DNA of 63,994 nt, the filler included, from Octopus bimaculoides (taxonomy: Eukaryota): the NCBI RefSeq assembly GCF_001194135.2. It is 4 parts of 4 records of this genome, joined end to end, with 100 filler letters (N's around TTAATTAATTAA, not from the genome) between each part and the next. Parts side by side here need not be neighbours in the genome. Positions count along the whole stretch, not along the records: positions 33,281 to 62,830 come from NC_068990.1; 3 more parts are not named here. The stretch is one strand, 5' to 3'. Made by a program: the position numbers and the translations under genes. Under the pieces are notes generated by a model, which ran no database searches, was not told the DNA's origin, and saw only the letters and a list, made by a program, of their open reading frames with translations. How positions within the stretch are numbered: position 1 is the first letter of the stretch; the number at the start of each line of letters is the position of its first letter. Shown here in pieces: positions 37,005 to 49,675 of this stretch.

Positions 37005-38448
37005 TATAGAGAGAGAGAGAGGAAGAGAGTGGGAGAGAAAACGAGAGAGAAGGAGAGGGGATGAGGAGGAGGGAGAGAGAGAAAGAGAGAGAAAGAGTTT
37101 GGGAGGGAGGGGAGACTCAGTAAGTGAGAGAGACACAGAGAAAGAGAGACAGGGAGACAGTGGGAGAGAAGAGCGTTTCCTTAAAAAATGAAGGAAGGAG
37201 AACTAAATAATATTGTTTTATTAGTCTCCAACGTGTGTAACTCAGAGACCTAGAATTTCATGCCAGAAGTTAAAACTCGTTTACGCAAGAAAATCTTTTT
37301 TTTTTTTATCCTATACAATACTGTAACTGGATTCCACAGAAATTTCACATAACAAATGATTTCATGTCGATGATATTAGTCAGGTGTACTCGTCGGTGAT
37401 TCTGATTCACCAATATGTACGTTTAATTATGGTCTAAAGCACGAAAATTTGAAATCGTAATCCGTCCCTCACCCCCATTTCTTCTGTAGCACTTCTAATG
37501 ATTTGACTATTTGTATATTGAAATAGTGACAGTGAGTTCAAGCAACTCTCAACAAGTATATTGTAATATTGTGAGAATCAAGTAATGGTCTTCTATCGCT
37601 CGATAAATATAGTGAGTAAAAGAGAGCTTTCGGAATTCTTGTTGAAATATATGTGTCTATTGGACAAGAAATGTTTTGAAATTTTGAAAGGAAATGTGCA
37701 ATACAATTAAAATTTCCATAAATAAATTTAACTCCCGCTCATTATGATTTTATTTTAATAATTTCATTCAATAATATTTGCCTATTTCTTAAAAAGTAAA
37801 TGAAACAAAGTTCGAGAAAGTTACTTATTATATTTATACATCAGTGGCATTATATAAGAAAACCCAGTACAATAAAATTAGTGTGACTGCGACAAGCGTG
37901 ATAAAAGTAAATTAATAAATTTTGTTTAGAAATGTCAGTCAATAAATGTGCCTAAATTATTATTGAAATTAGAATTGGATTGTTTAATAATAACAGAAAC
38001 GAAATGGGGGAATATTACTTTCTCAAGAATAAAGAAGGAACGTGCAAACTCAATATCATTCGAATTAAGTTTTCAATAAATTAAGAGAAGCTTGATAATA
38101 GCCATTGTATTCAATGTCAGCATGACAATTATTACGTTTGACCCAGTGAAGTATAATTGCGTTAAATACTAATTGCGATTTCAAAAAGTTATCAACATAT
38201 CACATTAAAATAAACAATATTTTATTGTTTTGTGTTTGAATGATTTTTTTCTGTTTTTCATATCCTATTAAGATAAATGTTGTTCTTGAATGGGATCTGT
38301 GAAGGTAAAATATTATTAACGTAGAATTCATAATGAAAGGTGGAAATGGAAACCAATAAATTTAAATTGGCTCATTTTGAAACAAACATTATTTACTGTC
38401 GTTGCCTTTAGGTGATTTATAAATCTCAGTTAATTGTGTGAATATAGG

Positions 38449-38506
<58 letters not shown>

Positions 38507-38889
38507 ACAATGCACCTATGGGGGAAGGGAGTGCAACGTAATGTAAAAGTGTTTAGCTATCTCATATACAACACAATACTGAATTTCAAAATATATCTAT
38601 TTGCCAACAGTGCAAAAGTCATAAGGAGTTGCTATCACATATGATAAAATATGTATTTATATATGTATTCATGTATGTATATATATGTAACACGTACATA
38701 CTCACACGCACACACAATCGTATATGGGCTCGCATATATGACGGTCTTCGTTTAATTTCTGCCTACCAGTCCAACTCACAGCTATCTGGCAAGATTGGCG
38801 TTATAGCAGAAGACAATTTCGCAAGGTGCCGCGTAATGGAACTGAATGGGAAACTGTGGGGCTGCAACCATCTTACCACACAGACATAC

Positions 38890-39046
38890 ATGCATAGCTG
38901 TATGGTAAGAAGCTTAACTCTCAAGCACATGGTTCTGGGTTCACTCCAGCTACGTTTCAACTTGGACAATTATGCTCTACTATAGCCTCCAACCAACCAA
39001 ATCCTTGTGAGTGGATTTGGTAAACAAAAACAGAAACAAACCCCTC
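38890..39046 (+). mobile_element. Degenerate CORE-like SINE
   Basis: GGTAAGAAGCTT..GGTTCTGGGTTCA..CCTTGTGAGTGGATTTGGTA. Confidence 0.7.
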
Positions 39047-39082
<36 letters not shown>

Positions 39083-39112
39083 TTATCCATTAAATATTCA
39101 TTTACAAAAATT

Positions 39113-39326
39113 ATTTTCTACTCTAGGCACAAGGCCCCAAATTTTAGGAGAAGGGCTAGTCGATTAGATCGACCACAGTACGCAACTGGTACTTAATTTA
39201 TCGAGCCCGAAAGCATGAAAGGCAAAGTCGAACTCGGCAGAATTTGAACTCAGAACGTAAAGACAGACGTAATACCGCTAAGCATTTCGGCCGGCGTGCT
39301 AACGTTTCTTGCCAGCTCACCGCCTT
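39113..39326 (-). mobile_element. Meta-like-core SINE, full length, tail type A
   Basis: Complete head, core and CTACTCTAGGCACAAGGCCC tail. Confidence 0.8.
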
Positions 39327-39589
39327 GTTCATTCACCATAATTGTATCACTCACCAAACATTTTCCACTATTTTATACAATCTATGTTTCCTGTTCTTTG
39401 ATATATGTTTGTTTACATAGCTATTATACATAAGTTTATTTGTAAAGAACTGAATTTTGTTTATATATGAAGGTACTGCTATTAACGTCTAGCCTTTACA
39501 TTTTTGCTCTTAATTCTATATGTACAGGTAGTTCGTATTTACATCTGAATGTCTGAATGTTTCCACCTCTCGTCTCCCTCTCTCCCTCT

Positions 39590-39595
39590 ATCTAA

Positions 39596-39671
<76 letters not shown>

Positions 39672-39672
39672 A
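39590..39672. repeat. (TCTA)n microsatellite
   Basis: Direct reading. Confidence 0.95.
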
Positions 39673-39869
39673 TATATATNNNNNNNNNNNNNNNNNNNNN
39701 NNNNNNNNNNNNNNNNNNNNNNNNNNNNNNNNNNNNNNNNNNNNNNNNNNNNNNNNNNNNNNNNNNNNNNNNNNNNNNNNNNNNNNNNNNNNNNNNNNNN
39801 NNNNNNNNNNNNNNNNNNNNNNNNNNNNNNNNNNNNNNNNNNNNNNNNNNNNNNNNNNNNNNNNNNNNN

Positions 39870-39911
<42 letters not shown>

Positions 39912-40293
39912 GCGTGCGAATTCATACAAACATATGCATATATATATGTATATACACATACATACATACAAGCACATATGTATGTATGTATACATGGATC
40001 AAATATGCATAAAAATACCAATATTTACACAAATATATGAAAGACAGGGTGTGAATAAATAGATGTTGATATATAGTTCAGACTCTCTTTGTTTCTTTTC
40101 ACTTTTCTTTCTGTCTGTTAGTCTCACCCCACACACTTCTTTCTTGTATCTACCTAACTTTCAAAGAACTGAAGCTCAAAATGTTAAAGATACATTCATC
40201 TTTCGCCACAATAATTATATTTTTATGTTCTTTTCCATTATTACTATCTCTCTCTCTCTCTCTCTCTCTCTCTTACTCTCTGTATATATGTAA

Positions 40294-40692
40294 GCGCAGG
40301 AGTAGCTATAGGTGAAGGAGTGGCTATGTAGTAAGTAGCTTGCTTACCAGTCACATGGTTCCGGGTTCAGTCCCACTGCGTGAAACCTTGAGACAAGTGT
40401 CTTCTACTATAGATTCATGTTCACCAATGCCTTGTGAGTGGTTCTAGTAGACGGAAACTGAAAGGAGCCTGTCGTATATANNNNNNNNNNNNNNNNNNNN
40501 NNNNNNNNNNNNNNNNNNNNNNNNNNNNNNNNNNNNNNNNNNNNNNNNNNNNNNNNNNNNNNNNNNNNNNNNNNNNNNNNNNNNNNNNNNNNNNNNNNNN
40601 NNNNNNNNNNNNNNNNNNNNNNNNNNATATATGTCTCTGTGTGTGTGCATGTTTGCGCATCTATGATTGTCTCCCCACCAACGCTTGACACC
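40294..40692 (+). mobile_element. CORE-like SINE spanning a gap, with duplicated head start
   Basis: GCGCAGGAGTAGCTATA repeated as GAAGGAGTGGCTATG; body matches the 27600 copy. Confidence 0.75.
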
Positions 40693-40789
40693 CAAACCTT
40701 GAGAACAACAATCAAGTGAAAGAAATGAATGCGCATGCAATAGGGGCCAGTGTAAAAAACAAGTTTAAGAGCCACATAGTAAAGTTTAA

Positions 40790-41850
40790 GAAAAACTATA
40801 CATGCAGGTTCAGGGTGCAGCTATCAGTGTCGGTGTAGCTGGAGATGTGGCTGGTCTCTTCATGACCTGTTGGAGCAGGACACTTAAGCAAATATTAGCA
40901 GAACAGTCCACAGCTCTTCTACTCTGCAGTAGATATGTAGATGACATTAATATCATAGTTAGGACCAACGCTAGTGACGGTAATGTAGAAACTGAGAAGA
41001 ACGTAATGGAGAGCATCCAGCAAATAACTAACTCTATCCACCAAAGTATCAAGGTGACTATAGATTATCCCACTAAGCACCCCAACAATAGACTCCCTGT
41101 CCTTGATAATGCACTTTGGTTAGAGACAGTTAGCAATAGAGTGCAGTTCCTCCACTCCTATTACATGAAACCCATGACTTCAAAATATGTTCTTCACAAG
41201 AACTCAGCTTTGTCACACAAACATGAAAACATACTGATAGCAGACTTAGAATAAAAAAAACAATGTGTCCCCACAATGCGAATCCTATGAAATGAAACAA
41301 AACATACAGAACCTCATGCACCGCATGCAGTCCACTGGATATGATCCGAAAGATAGGGTTCGAGTATACAGGGGTGCTAGAAAGAAATTAGACAACATTA
41401 TACGTAATGATACCAGTGGTACCTGCCCTAGATATAGAAACAAAGAATGGAATAGGATACAAAGAACTTTGACAAAGCAAACAGGGCGAACACGTGTATA
41501 AAACCGACAAATATCAAGGAGTGGAGTTTGTAGAGGCTACAGCCCATGGAGAACTAGCCCGTAGATGTAGAAACACTCTCAAGGAAACCAAACTGAACAT
41601 TAAGATCATTGAAAAGCCAGGGAAATCTGTCAGATCACAACTATGTAGGACGTACCCCTTTGAGAATACCATATGCACCAATGATAACTGCATGGTATGT
41701 AGGATTAGCCCTGGCATTAACTGTAGAACTCGAAATGTAGTTTACAGCATAAAATGCATAGAAGGTGCTTGTAAAGACATGAACATTACGCACATAGGGG
41801 AGACATCAAGGAGCATTGTGGAACAACAAATACCAAAACGAAATATATAT
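40790..41850 (+). mobile_element. Penelope-like retroelement, RT C-terminal half plus Cys-rich linker and GIY-YIG endonuclease (frameshifted)
   Basis: ORFs 40802-41254 (QGAAI..LFM..RYVDD..LPVLD..YMKP), 41265-41501 and 41494-41868 (CTNDNCMVC..NVVYSIKC..HIGETSRS). Confidence 0.9.
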
Positions 41851-41869
41851 ATATATATATATAGTTAAA

Positions 41870-42060
41870 AAAACACAAAAAACAATAACAAAAAAACAAC
41901 AAAGTGAGGACGTGATACGGATAGTGTTATTGGACGCTCGGGAAAGGAAAGAGAGAGAGAGTATGACGTTTCGGGCGGAGCCCTTCGTCGGAAAGACGGA
42001 AAGTTCAAAGAATGGAAAAAACGGAGGTAGAGAAAATCGGCACCGATGCCCACGAGCTTA
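41870..42060 (-). mobile_element. Penelope-type pLTR-like repeat with HHR motif at 41960-41994
   Basis: TTT-CCGACGA-AGGGC-TCC-GCCC-GAAAC-GTC|ATA; similar to 60-213. Confidence 0.6.
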
Positions 42061-42748
42061 CATTGTATATNNNNNNNNNNNNNNNNNNNNNNNNNNNNNN
42101 NNNNNNNNNNNNNNNNNNNNNNNNNNNNNNNNNNNNNNNNNNNNNNNNNNNNNNNNNNNNNNNNNNNNATATATATATACATGTATATAATATGTCTGTG
42201 TATATATGTATACGTGTGTGTGTGTGTAGTATAAATATATATAAAAACAAATGGCATTTAAAATGCAGACAGCTGTTTCACTAGAACATTATTTAATTCA
42301 GTTATAGGAGATAATATCATGATATTTAATACATAATCTTCAAGTAAAATTTTGAATAGGTAATATTTTAAACAGGTAAGAGTTAAAACATAAAATTTTA
42401 AAAAGCGACCTCGCATAGCCAACAATATCTGGAGTAGACACTCGAATATATAAAATAATTAGGTGTGTTTTAAGCAGACAAATAAGAAACAAAGGAATCA
42501 CATAAATCTACAATCTAAATTCACTTATCGAAATTAGTTTATTGTTTAACAATAACGACCAATAATCTAAGAATCAATAGAAATAGCGTTACCAAGAGTT
42601 GCAATTAAAAAGTCATCAAAATTTTAGAAGATATCTTCTAAATTAAAACAGAGATTCCAAGTAGTTCTCTGACTCCCGACATCAAACATCAAACGGTCAA
42701 CAATGTGTAACATTTCCTATCCACACGACGAAATACATATGCAAACGT

Positions 42749-42787
<39 letters not shown>

Positions 42788-42837
42788 TCCACATATATAC
42801 AAACATATGTGTATATGTATATATATATTATACTCTT

Positions 42838-42962
42838 CGAGTGACCGGCCTTAGAGAGGGCACCCAGCCGTGCCAAACAAGACTGGAACCAGTTACAGTC
42901 CAACGGTCAAGCCCATGCCAGCATGGAAACCGACCTTTCACTGATGATGACGACGATATCCT
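42838..42962 (+). mobile_element. RTE-type SINE/LINE 3' tail fragment
   Basis: GAGGGCACCCAGCCGT..CCCATGCCAGCATGGAAAC..(GAT)n terminus. Confidence 0.5.
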
Positions 42963-43173
42963 TCATGTTCGTTTAAAGGAAACAGCTTGAATATGCATAT
43001 AAAAGCTCCCATTCTATTTTTGCCGGGTACGTGATACCAGCATCTTTGTGTAGCTCCGAGCAGTGCGATGTAATGTAAGATAAATATACTAATCATAGTA
43101 ACATACTTGGTTGATGGAATGAATAAATTAATACATCGCTACACTCGTTTCCACAAATCATATGTTTATATAT

Positions 43174-43211
<38 letters not shown>

Positions 43212-43733
43212 GGATAATAAAACGAATAGTTTACACCTGGTGCTTACTGGTAAAGCACGGTCACTTTTAGAGTGATCGTTAGGTAAATAACAAATGAAAG
43301 ACAGAAGATAGAATATACGAGAATATATTATTAATCGCAACAAATGTTTCGACACATGTGGCATCGACTCCTCTTGTGGGACATTCAACAACTGCTTCAG
43401 GGGTATCCGGTGGTGCAGGCGTATCTCGTGGGGTGATAAATAAATGAACAAAAAACTCGATAAAATGACTGTTGCACAATGCAACTTTCTGCTTTGATGA
43501 GAGAAAAACAGCCAGGCAGAGGAACATTCTCCATATACACAGAAGATCCAAAAATAAAATTGCGGAAGACAAAAAGAGAAACGAGCACTTAATCCAGCGA
43601 GAAAAGTATTGAAAAGAACCGTTAACAGATATGGATGTATAAACACCCTCAGGCAAGCTGCATGGCACGAGTACACACGCTCATACAAGCATTAGCAAAA
43701 ATGTGAGCATAAGCACACTAGATGTTAGGCGAA

Positions 43734-44632
43734 TTAGTTATTTAGTAAGTGTTTAGAAGAACGGGGAGGTATTTGGTTTGACGTGCAAACATTTTGTACT
43801 GCTTCTTTGACATCGTAATCCGAAGAAAATCGACACCCACGTAAACCATCTTTTAGTGGTCCAATGATGCAATAATCGAAAGGAGTGAGATCTGGCCTGT
43901 AGGCAGGGCATTCCAGTACCCCAAACTCCAATTGCTTACAACGGTTTGGGCGGCCGTGTGAGTGGGTGCATTGTCATGCAATTACTTCGGCAATAGGCTT
44001 CGGCGTTCGTTGGGAATTGCTGGTTTCAGTTTGTTGGCCAGCAAAGCACTGTATCCAGTAACCTTAATCGTCCACCACTTTTCCAGGTAGTCTTCAAGTA
44101 TAGGCCATTTTGAGTCTTAAAGATAGAGCAAGCATCACCTTTCCCGCGGAAGACTGAGTCTTGAATTTCTTTGTCGTTGGCAAGCCAGGATTTTTCCACC
44201 CCATATTCTGTCTTTTGGATTCTGCTTCTAAATGATGGTCCCAGGTTTCATCTCCTGTGATTTTTCTGCTCAAAGATTCCTCGCCCTCATTGTTGTAGCG
44301 ATCGGGCAAACGTTGGCAGACCTCAAGACGTTTGCGCTGGTGTTCGGTGTTAAGCTCTCTTAGCACCCATCTTAAACAAACTTTATGGAAGTTGAGCTCA
44401 TCGTAGATGATTTGATAGGGCAGAACCATGATATTTGTTCTTCTTTGGTGCACGTCGTTAGTGGAGTGGCCATGCTCACACTGTAAAGTCAGAACCAAAT
44501 GGCGCGATCAGGCTAAAACTTCGATCAGGTGACCCCCAATAGTACCAACTGTAAGCGCGCATGTGCAGAAGGCAGCGTGGTAATAATAAAGATATGCTAT
44601 GGTGAAAGTACGGTGACTTTTCCTTGTACCTA
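43734..44632 (-). mobile_element. Mariner transposase relic (catalytic region)
   Basis: RWVLRELNTEH, ITGDETW, KKFKTQSSAGKVML, then PAYRPDLTPFDY (YSPDLAP-D motif); frameshifts and deletions. Confidence 0.9.
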
Positions 44633-44782
44633 TGTGTATGCACAAACACACACATACATACACACAGAGTAACAGACAGGCACACACAAATATATACGTA
44701 CACGCAGACACACACACATACACACAAACACACACACACATATATCTATCTATCTATCTATCTATATATATATATATTTATA

Positions 44783-44984
44783 CAGGTTGTCCATGAATTA
44801 CCTATCAGAATTGAGAAAAATTTAGGAAAACGAATGTGGCTCTCAGGTGGTTGCATGCAACCAATGGAGCCGACTTGGCAGTTTTCGTATAGAACTTTGT
44901 TTACCCATGTTTTCAAATGAATTCTCCTGAGTTATATTTTTGTCCGAATGTTTGAAATTACGAACCCATTTTAGGGACACCCTG
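44783..44984. mobile_element. Tc1/mariner-type MITE (202 bp)
   Basis: TA|CAGGTTGTCC...GGACACCCTG|TA: imperfect TIRs with TA target duplication. Confidence 0.75.
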
Positions 44985-45041
44985 TAAATATATACATATA
45001 TTTACACGCATTAATATATATATATACATAAATACATTAAT

Positions 45042-45072
<31 letters not shown>

Positions 45073-46478
45073 GCTTTTATTTCTAGTTATAATGAAAACA
45101 ATTTTACGCTCATCTTAATGATTACTCAAAGCTTTCGTAGAGTACAAATTTATTATTCGTTAACAAAAATAACATTGACTGATACTTTGAAGTTTCAGCA
45201 GGCTATGCCATCCTCATATCGGATATTTGGTTAGCTAGCTGAAACTTCGAAGTCACTGCCAATGCAATGTTATTCTTGCTAAAGAATAATATATGTAATG
45301 AACACGTCCAGACACCCACTAGATATCTTTAAAACTGCCCTGTAAATGTAATCTATTTAAAGCTGTTCTTTAAATATAATCCTATCAAACACTATCAATG
45401 ATATCGTTTATTGCTTGAATATGTATTTAAAAGTGTTGTCATGTATTGAGTTACAGGTAAAAAAGAAAAAAACCCTGAAAGAATCATGTTTTCAGGTAAA
45501 TTTTATTAAAACCAATCGTTTTAGAATAATGCGTTCACAATAGTGTCCTTTGTATGAATATTAGCTCTAGAATCAAGCCTCTGTTGGGATTTTACTAAAG
45601 GATAAAGGAATGAATTATTAAATGTAGAAAATAAATAAATATGATCTATACGAGAATGAATAGCATACATGAGTATACAGAGTTTCATGTTCAAAATTTC
45701 TGTATTTCGTTTCAATATTCCTTTGTTCTATTCAAAAAGGTAATATGAAATACACATGAAACAAATCGGCGAACTATATTGCTCTATATAGGTATGAATG
45801 CATATTTATATTATACACATATAATATTTCTTTACTGATATTGCACATATACGCCTGTATGCATACATACATACATACATGGATACATGTACGCATAAAT
45901 ACATACGTATACATACATATATATATATATATATATANNNNNNNNNNNNNNNNNNNNNNNNNNNNNNNNNNNNNNNNNNNNNNNNNNNNNNNNNNNNNNN
46001 NNNNNNNNNNNNNNNNNNNNNNNNNNNNNNNNNNNNNNNNNNNNNNNNNNNNNNNNNNNNNNNNNNNNNNNNNNNNNNNNNNNNNNNNNNNNNNNNNNNN
46101 NNNNNNNNNNNNNNNNNNNNNNNNNNNNNNNNNNNNNNNNNNNNNNNNNNNNNNNNNNNNNNNNNNNNNNNNNNNNNNNNNNNNNNNNNNNNNNNNNNNN
46201 NNNNNNNNNNNNNNNNNNNNNNNNNNNNNNNNNNNNNNNNNNNNNNNNNNNNNNNNNNNNNNNNNNNNNNNNNNNNNNNNNNNNNNNNNNNNNNNNNNNN
46301 NNNNNNNNNNNNNNNNNNNNNNNNNNNNNNNNNNNNNNNNNNNNNNNNNNNNNNNNNNNNNNNNNNNNNNNNNNNNNNNNNNNNNNNNNNNNNNNNNNNN
46401 NNNNNNNNNNNNNNNNNNNNNNNNNNNNNNNNNNNNNNNNNNNNNNNNNNNNNNNNNNNNNNNNNNNNNNNNNNNNNN

Positions 46479-46525
<47 letters not shown>

Positions 46526-46562
46526 GATAGATAGATAGATAGATATATAGAAAGATATATAT

Positions 46563-46635
46563 ATCATCTTTCGTCTCTTGCTCTTTTCAGTCATGTTTGA
46601 CTGTGACCATGCTGGGGCACCGGCTCTAAGTGTTT
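46563..46635 (-). mobile_element. 3' tail of CORE-like SINE
   Basis: CAGTCATGTTTGACTGTGACCATGCTGGGGCACC resembles the reverse complement of this family's 3' end (GGCAGTGCTCCA.. at ~27895). Confidence 0.5.
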
Positions 46636-46899
46636 ACCACAAACACACGTCTATTTATAGAAACACCATGGAACTTTCGTGTAAATGCTTCTCGATTCGT
46701 AAGCTAATGCATTAAATTATATAGTAGTTCTCCGCAGCATATTCAATAATGCACCACTTATAATCATCTATATTAAGGATGCCCATATAACCCACATTTT
46801 AAACCCATGATATTAGCCTGCTCATTTATTAAAACAATGATCATATAAAGCATATTTAAAACCATAATATAAGTATAAGTTTAATCCATAGATCTCTCA

Positions 46900-48060
46900 C
46901 TATTTTAAATTATAACATTCAAAATCTTATACCAGCTTATCCCAATTTTATACAATAATCTACAATATTTATCTCATTGTTAAAGCAAATATATATATAT
47001 TCCACTTTTGCACACCTATAACCAACGAAAACATTTAGCCACACGAATAAAGGGAGATTACTAATTATTACAATTATACTTTAGAAAAATATAACTGATT
47101 ATAAACTACCTCATTTAAAAAAAAAAAAAACGTTTTCACATAAAAATCTAAATTTCTCTCTCAAGTAAGAGCTCTATATAATTTTTTAAATTCTTTTTCT
47201 TTGTACAATGGAAAGTATTTCTTAGTCCATTGAAATGCTAAATAATAAAAGTTATTATGGCCTTTCGCCGAATTGCATTCTAAAATAATATCATAGTACA
47301 CAATATATTATAACTTTTCCCCTTTTTCTCCTTTATCTCTTAATCTTTTTTTGTATCTTATACCCCACATAAAAGTTTATGTGTTTCGCCTCCCACTTTT
47401 CCCCTATTTTGTCACTTTCCGTCATTTTTTCCCTTCATAATTTCTATTTTTCTCTATACTCTTACTGATTTTTCTTCACATAAATATTTAAATTCAACTC
47501 CGAATTATGTAAACACTAACTTTTCTCCGAATAATGGAATGTATACGTTAGTATATTGAAATGCTAAATAATTAACTGTTATGTTAGTATATATTATAGA
47601 ATTATCGTTCTCTTTTGTTTTCCCAAATCATTTATGTTTTTCCCCCAACAAAAATCCATGTCCTCTCTCAATTTGTCTTGAATACCCTTAACAGCCCATA
47701 ACAGCCCATTTATTAGACGACTACTTTATGTTCCTTAACACTTATATGTCTATGTTACAAATTCATTACAGTATTTTAACAAGATTTCATTAGATAATAT
47801 CTCCCCACATGAACTCGGGGACCTGATAAATTATTATTTACGTTATTTGAATATTTGAAAATACGGTCTTCATCTCAGTTATTTCGTTGTTTACCGCTAG
47901 AAATTAAACATCACTCCCTGATGAAATCCGGACATGATGTGGGGCTATTTTACATCTAACATCGGTTGAATGGTAATGATCGAGACCGAATGGCCGAATC
48001 GAAACATATGTAGGATTTTTCTATATGTATTTATTTTCTTGATTCGGTTTCTTGATATTC
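46900..48060 (+). mobile_element. Possible very old Penelope-like relic ending in an HHR
   Basis: KYIYI..QRKHLATRIK (GIY-YIG-like) near 46985-47065, NSELCKH near 47495, HHR at 47915. Confidence 0.3.
47915..48015 (+). ncRNA. Type I hammerhead motif with long stem II insertion
   Basis: TCC-CTGATGA-AATCCGG..~60 nt..CCGAATC-GAAAC-ATAT-GTA|GGA; intact core, palindromic ACATATGT. Confidence 0.65.
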
Positions 48061-48139
48061 TAAATCTTATATGTATTACATTTTTTCATCGTGATACAAA
48101 TAAAATTAACCAAGTATCCACTATATTTCTTCTCCATTT

Positions 48140-48180
<41 letters not shown>

Positions 48181-48941
48181 GAGAGAGAGAGAGGGTAAGA
48201 CAAATAGAGACACAGAGTGACAGAGAGAGAGAGATATGCAAGGTAGGTTTGAGTTTGTGTGTAATGTGTGTGTATATGTGTGTGCGCTAGAGTTTCTATG
48301 AACATATGAATATAGCCTTGTGTATTTTGGGGCGCACAAACATGAGCACACATATATGAAGATGTCTACATGTAGTTTTCATTTTCTCTCCATCTCTCTC
48401 CATATATATATATATATATATATGTGCACATGAACGTTTACACCGATGTGTATGCGTGTATACAAAAGCTACTCGTGTAAGTATTTCTTCTATGTTGGCA
48501 CGTCCAGCTGACACATCGATAATCTCATATATAAATAACATTCAATAATAGTGATTTATAAGTTGCATCTAGTTACGAGTGTTCCAGAAGTAAAAATATC
48601 TCATTGGCGTTTCCCAGGAGATACGTGCAAAGTATTGCAAACGTTTAACACTGACCAACTTGTAACGTCATAGTTAACAACTTTAACCGCTAGCTCAATT
48701 ATCCTTCACCTCCTACTTCATCACCGACAGCATTTAGATCGAGTACTGCATCCACGCCTCTCCTTAAATACCATCCCTAACACTTACTTGTCTACGAACA
48801 AGAGAAAGATGTGTGTTCATAACCCTAACCCAACAGTCTATAATGATACCTATAATCGAAGACCTAACTGTAATTGACGGATTTGAAGTAAACAAACTTT
48901 TTGATTTGTATCTCCCAATGTATAGATATCGGGTTGAATAT

Positions 48942-49023
48942 TTAATGAGATGGTAACCGAGCAAGTAAATCATGGTTTATTTTTCTCACTTGAGATTGTC
49001 GATTTAGAGTTCTACTGTGGAAA
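48942..49023 (-). CDS. Candidate terminal coding exon (FHSRTLNRQSQVRKINHDLLARLPSH*)
   Basis: Acceptor TATTTTCAG; phase compatible with 49587-49675; no homology recognised. Confidence 0.22.
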
Positions 49024-49586
49024 CTGAAAATATATGGTTGTGTTAGAATATTTATTCTTCTATTTTAAGTATTTCAGAAATTCTAGTCTGATTGGCCGTT
49101 TTGCTGTGCATGGTTTTGATTCACTACCGATTGCAATATGTTTAAACTTAGTAAACTTTTCCAAATTGTTATGATGTCACATCTGAAGTAATGTTTGGAC
49201 AACCGAATATATTCTTCCAGTAAGCGATTTGGGGGGATCATTTAAGCATCACATGGAATGCATCACAATTTTGTCCCAACTGTTTCGCTTTCATTTCAAA
49301 TACCACCTAGGGAAACTTTGCATTTTCTCCTTTCTTTTGTACTGAATGGCAGATTTGGGAAATAATAAGAATGGTAGCAGATTTGTGAAACTCTGATCCT
49401 TGCGCTATTTGCCTTGCCTTTCTGCTTTCTGATTTCAAATCTCGCTATAGTTTACGTGCATGTTAAATTGTATCCCTTGCTCAGTTTAACACCAGTGCCT
49501 AGCTGATATACGTACTTTTGTGAAGTTCATTGCATTGTGAGCTTTCACACTAGGTTACCTGTTGATACAAACTGAAGTATATTTAC

Positions 49587-49675
49587 CCATTAATAGATGA
49601 AAAATCTAAGCTCATTACATTCCTCCCATTCCTATGACGATACTCATCTTCGAAGACAAACATTTCCTGTGTCAC
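49587..49675 (-). CDS. Candidate internal exon (VTQEMFVFEDEYRHRNGRNVMSLDFSSIN)
   Basis: TTATCATTACAG acceptor, GG|GTAAAT donor, single open frame. Confidence 0.28.

Noticed and set aside
43158-43688. 176-aa minus-strand ORF and GAAACATTTGTT HHR-like end
   Set aside because: ORF is low-complexity with no domain; no valid CTGANGA with matching helix I, so only a possible pLTR remnant
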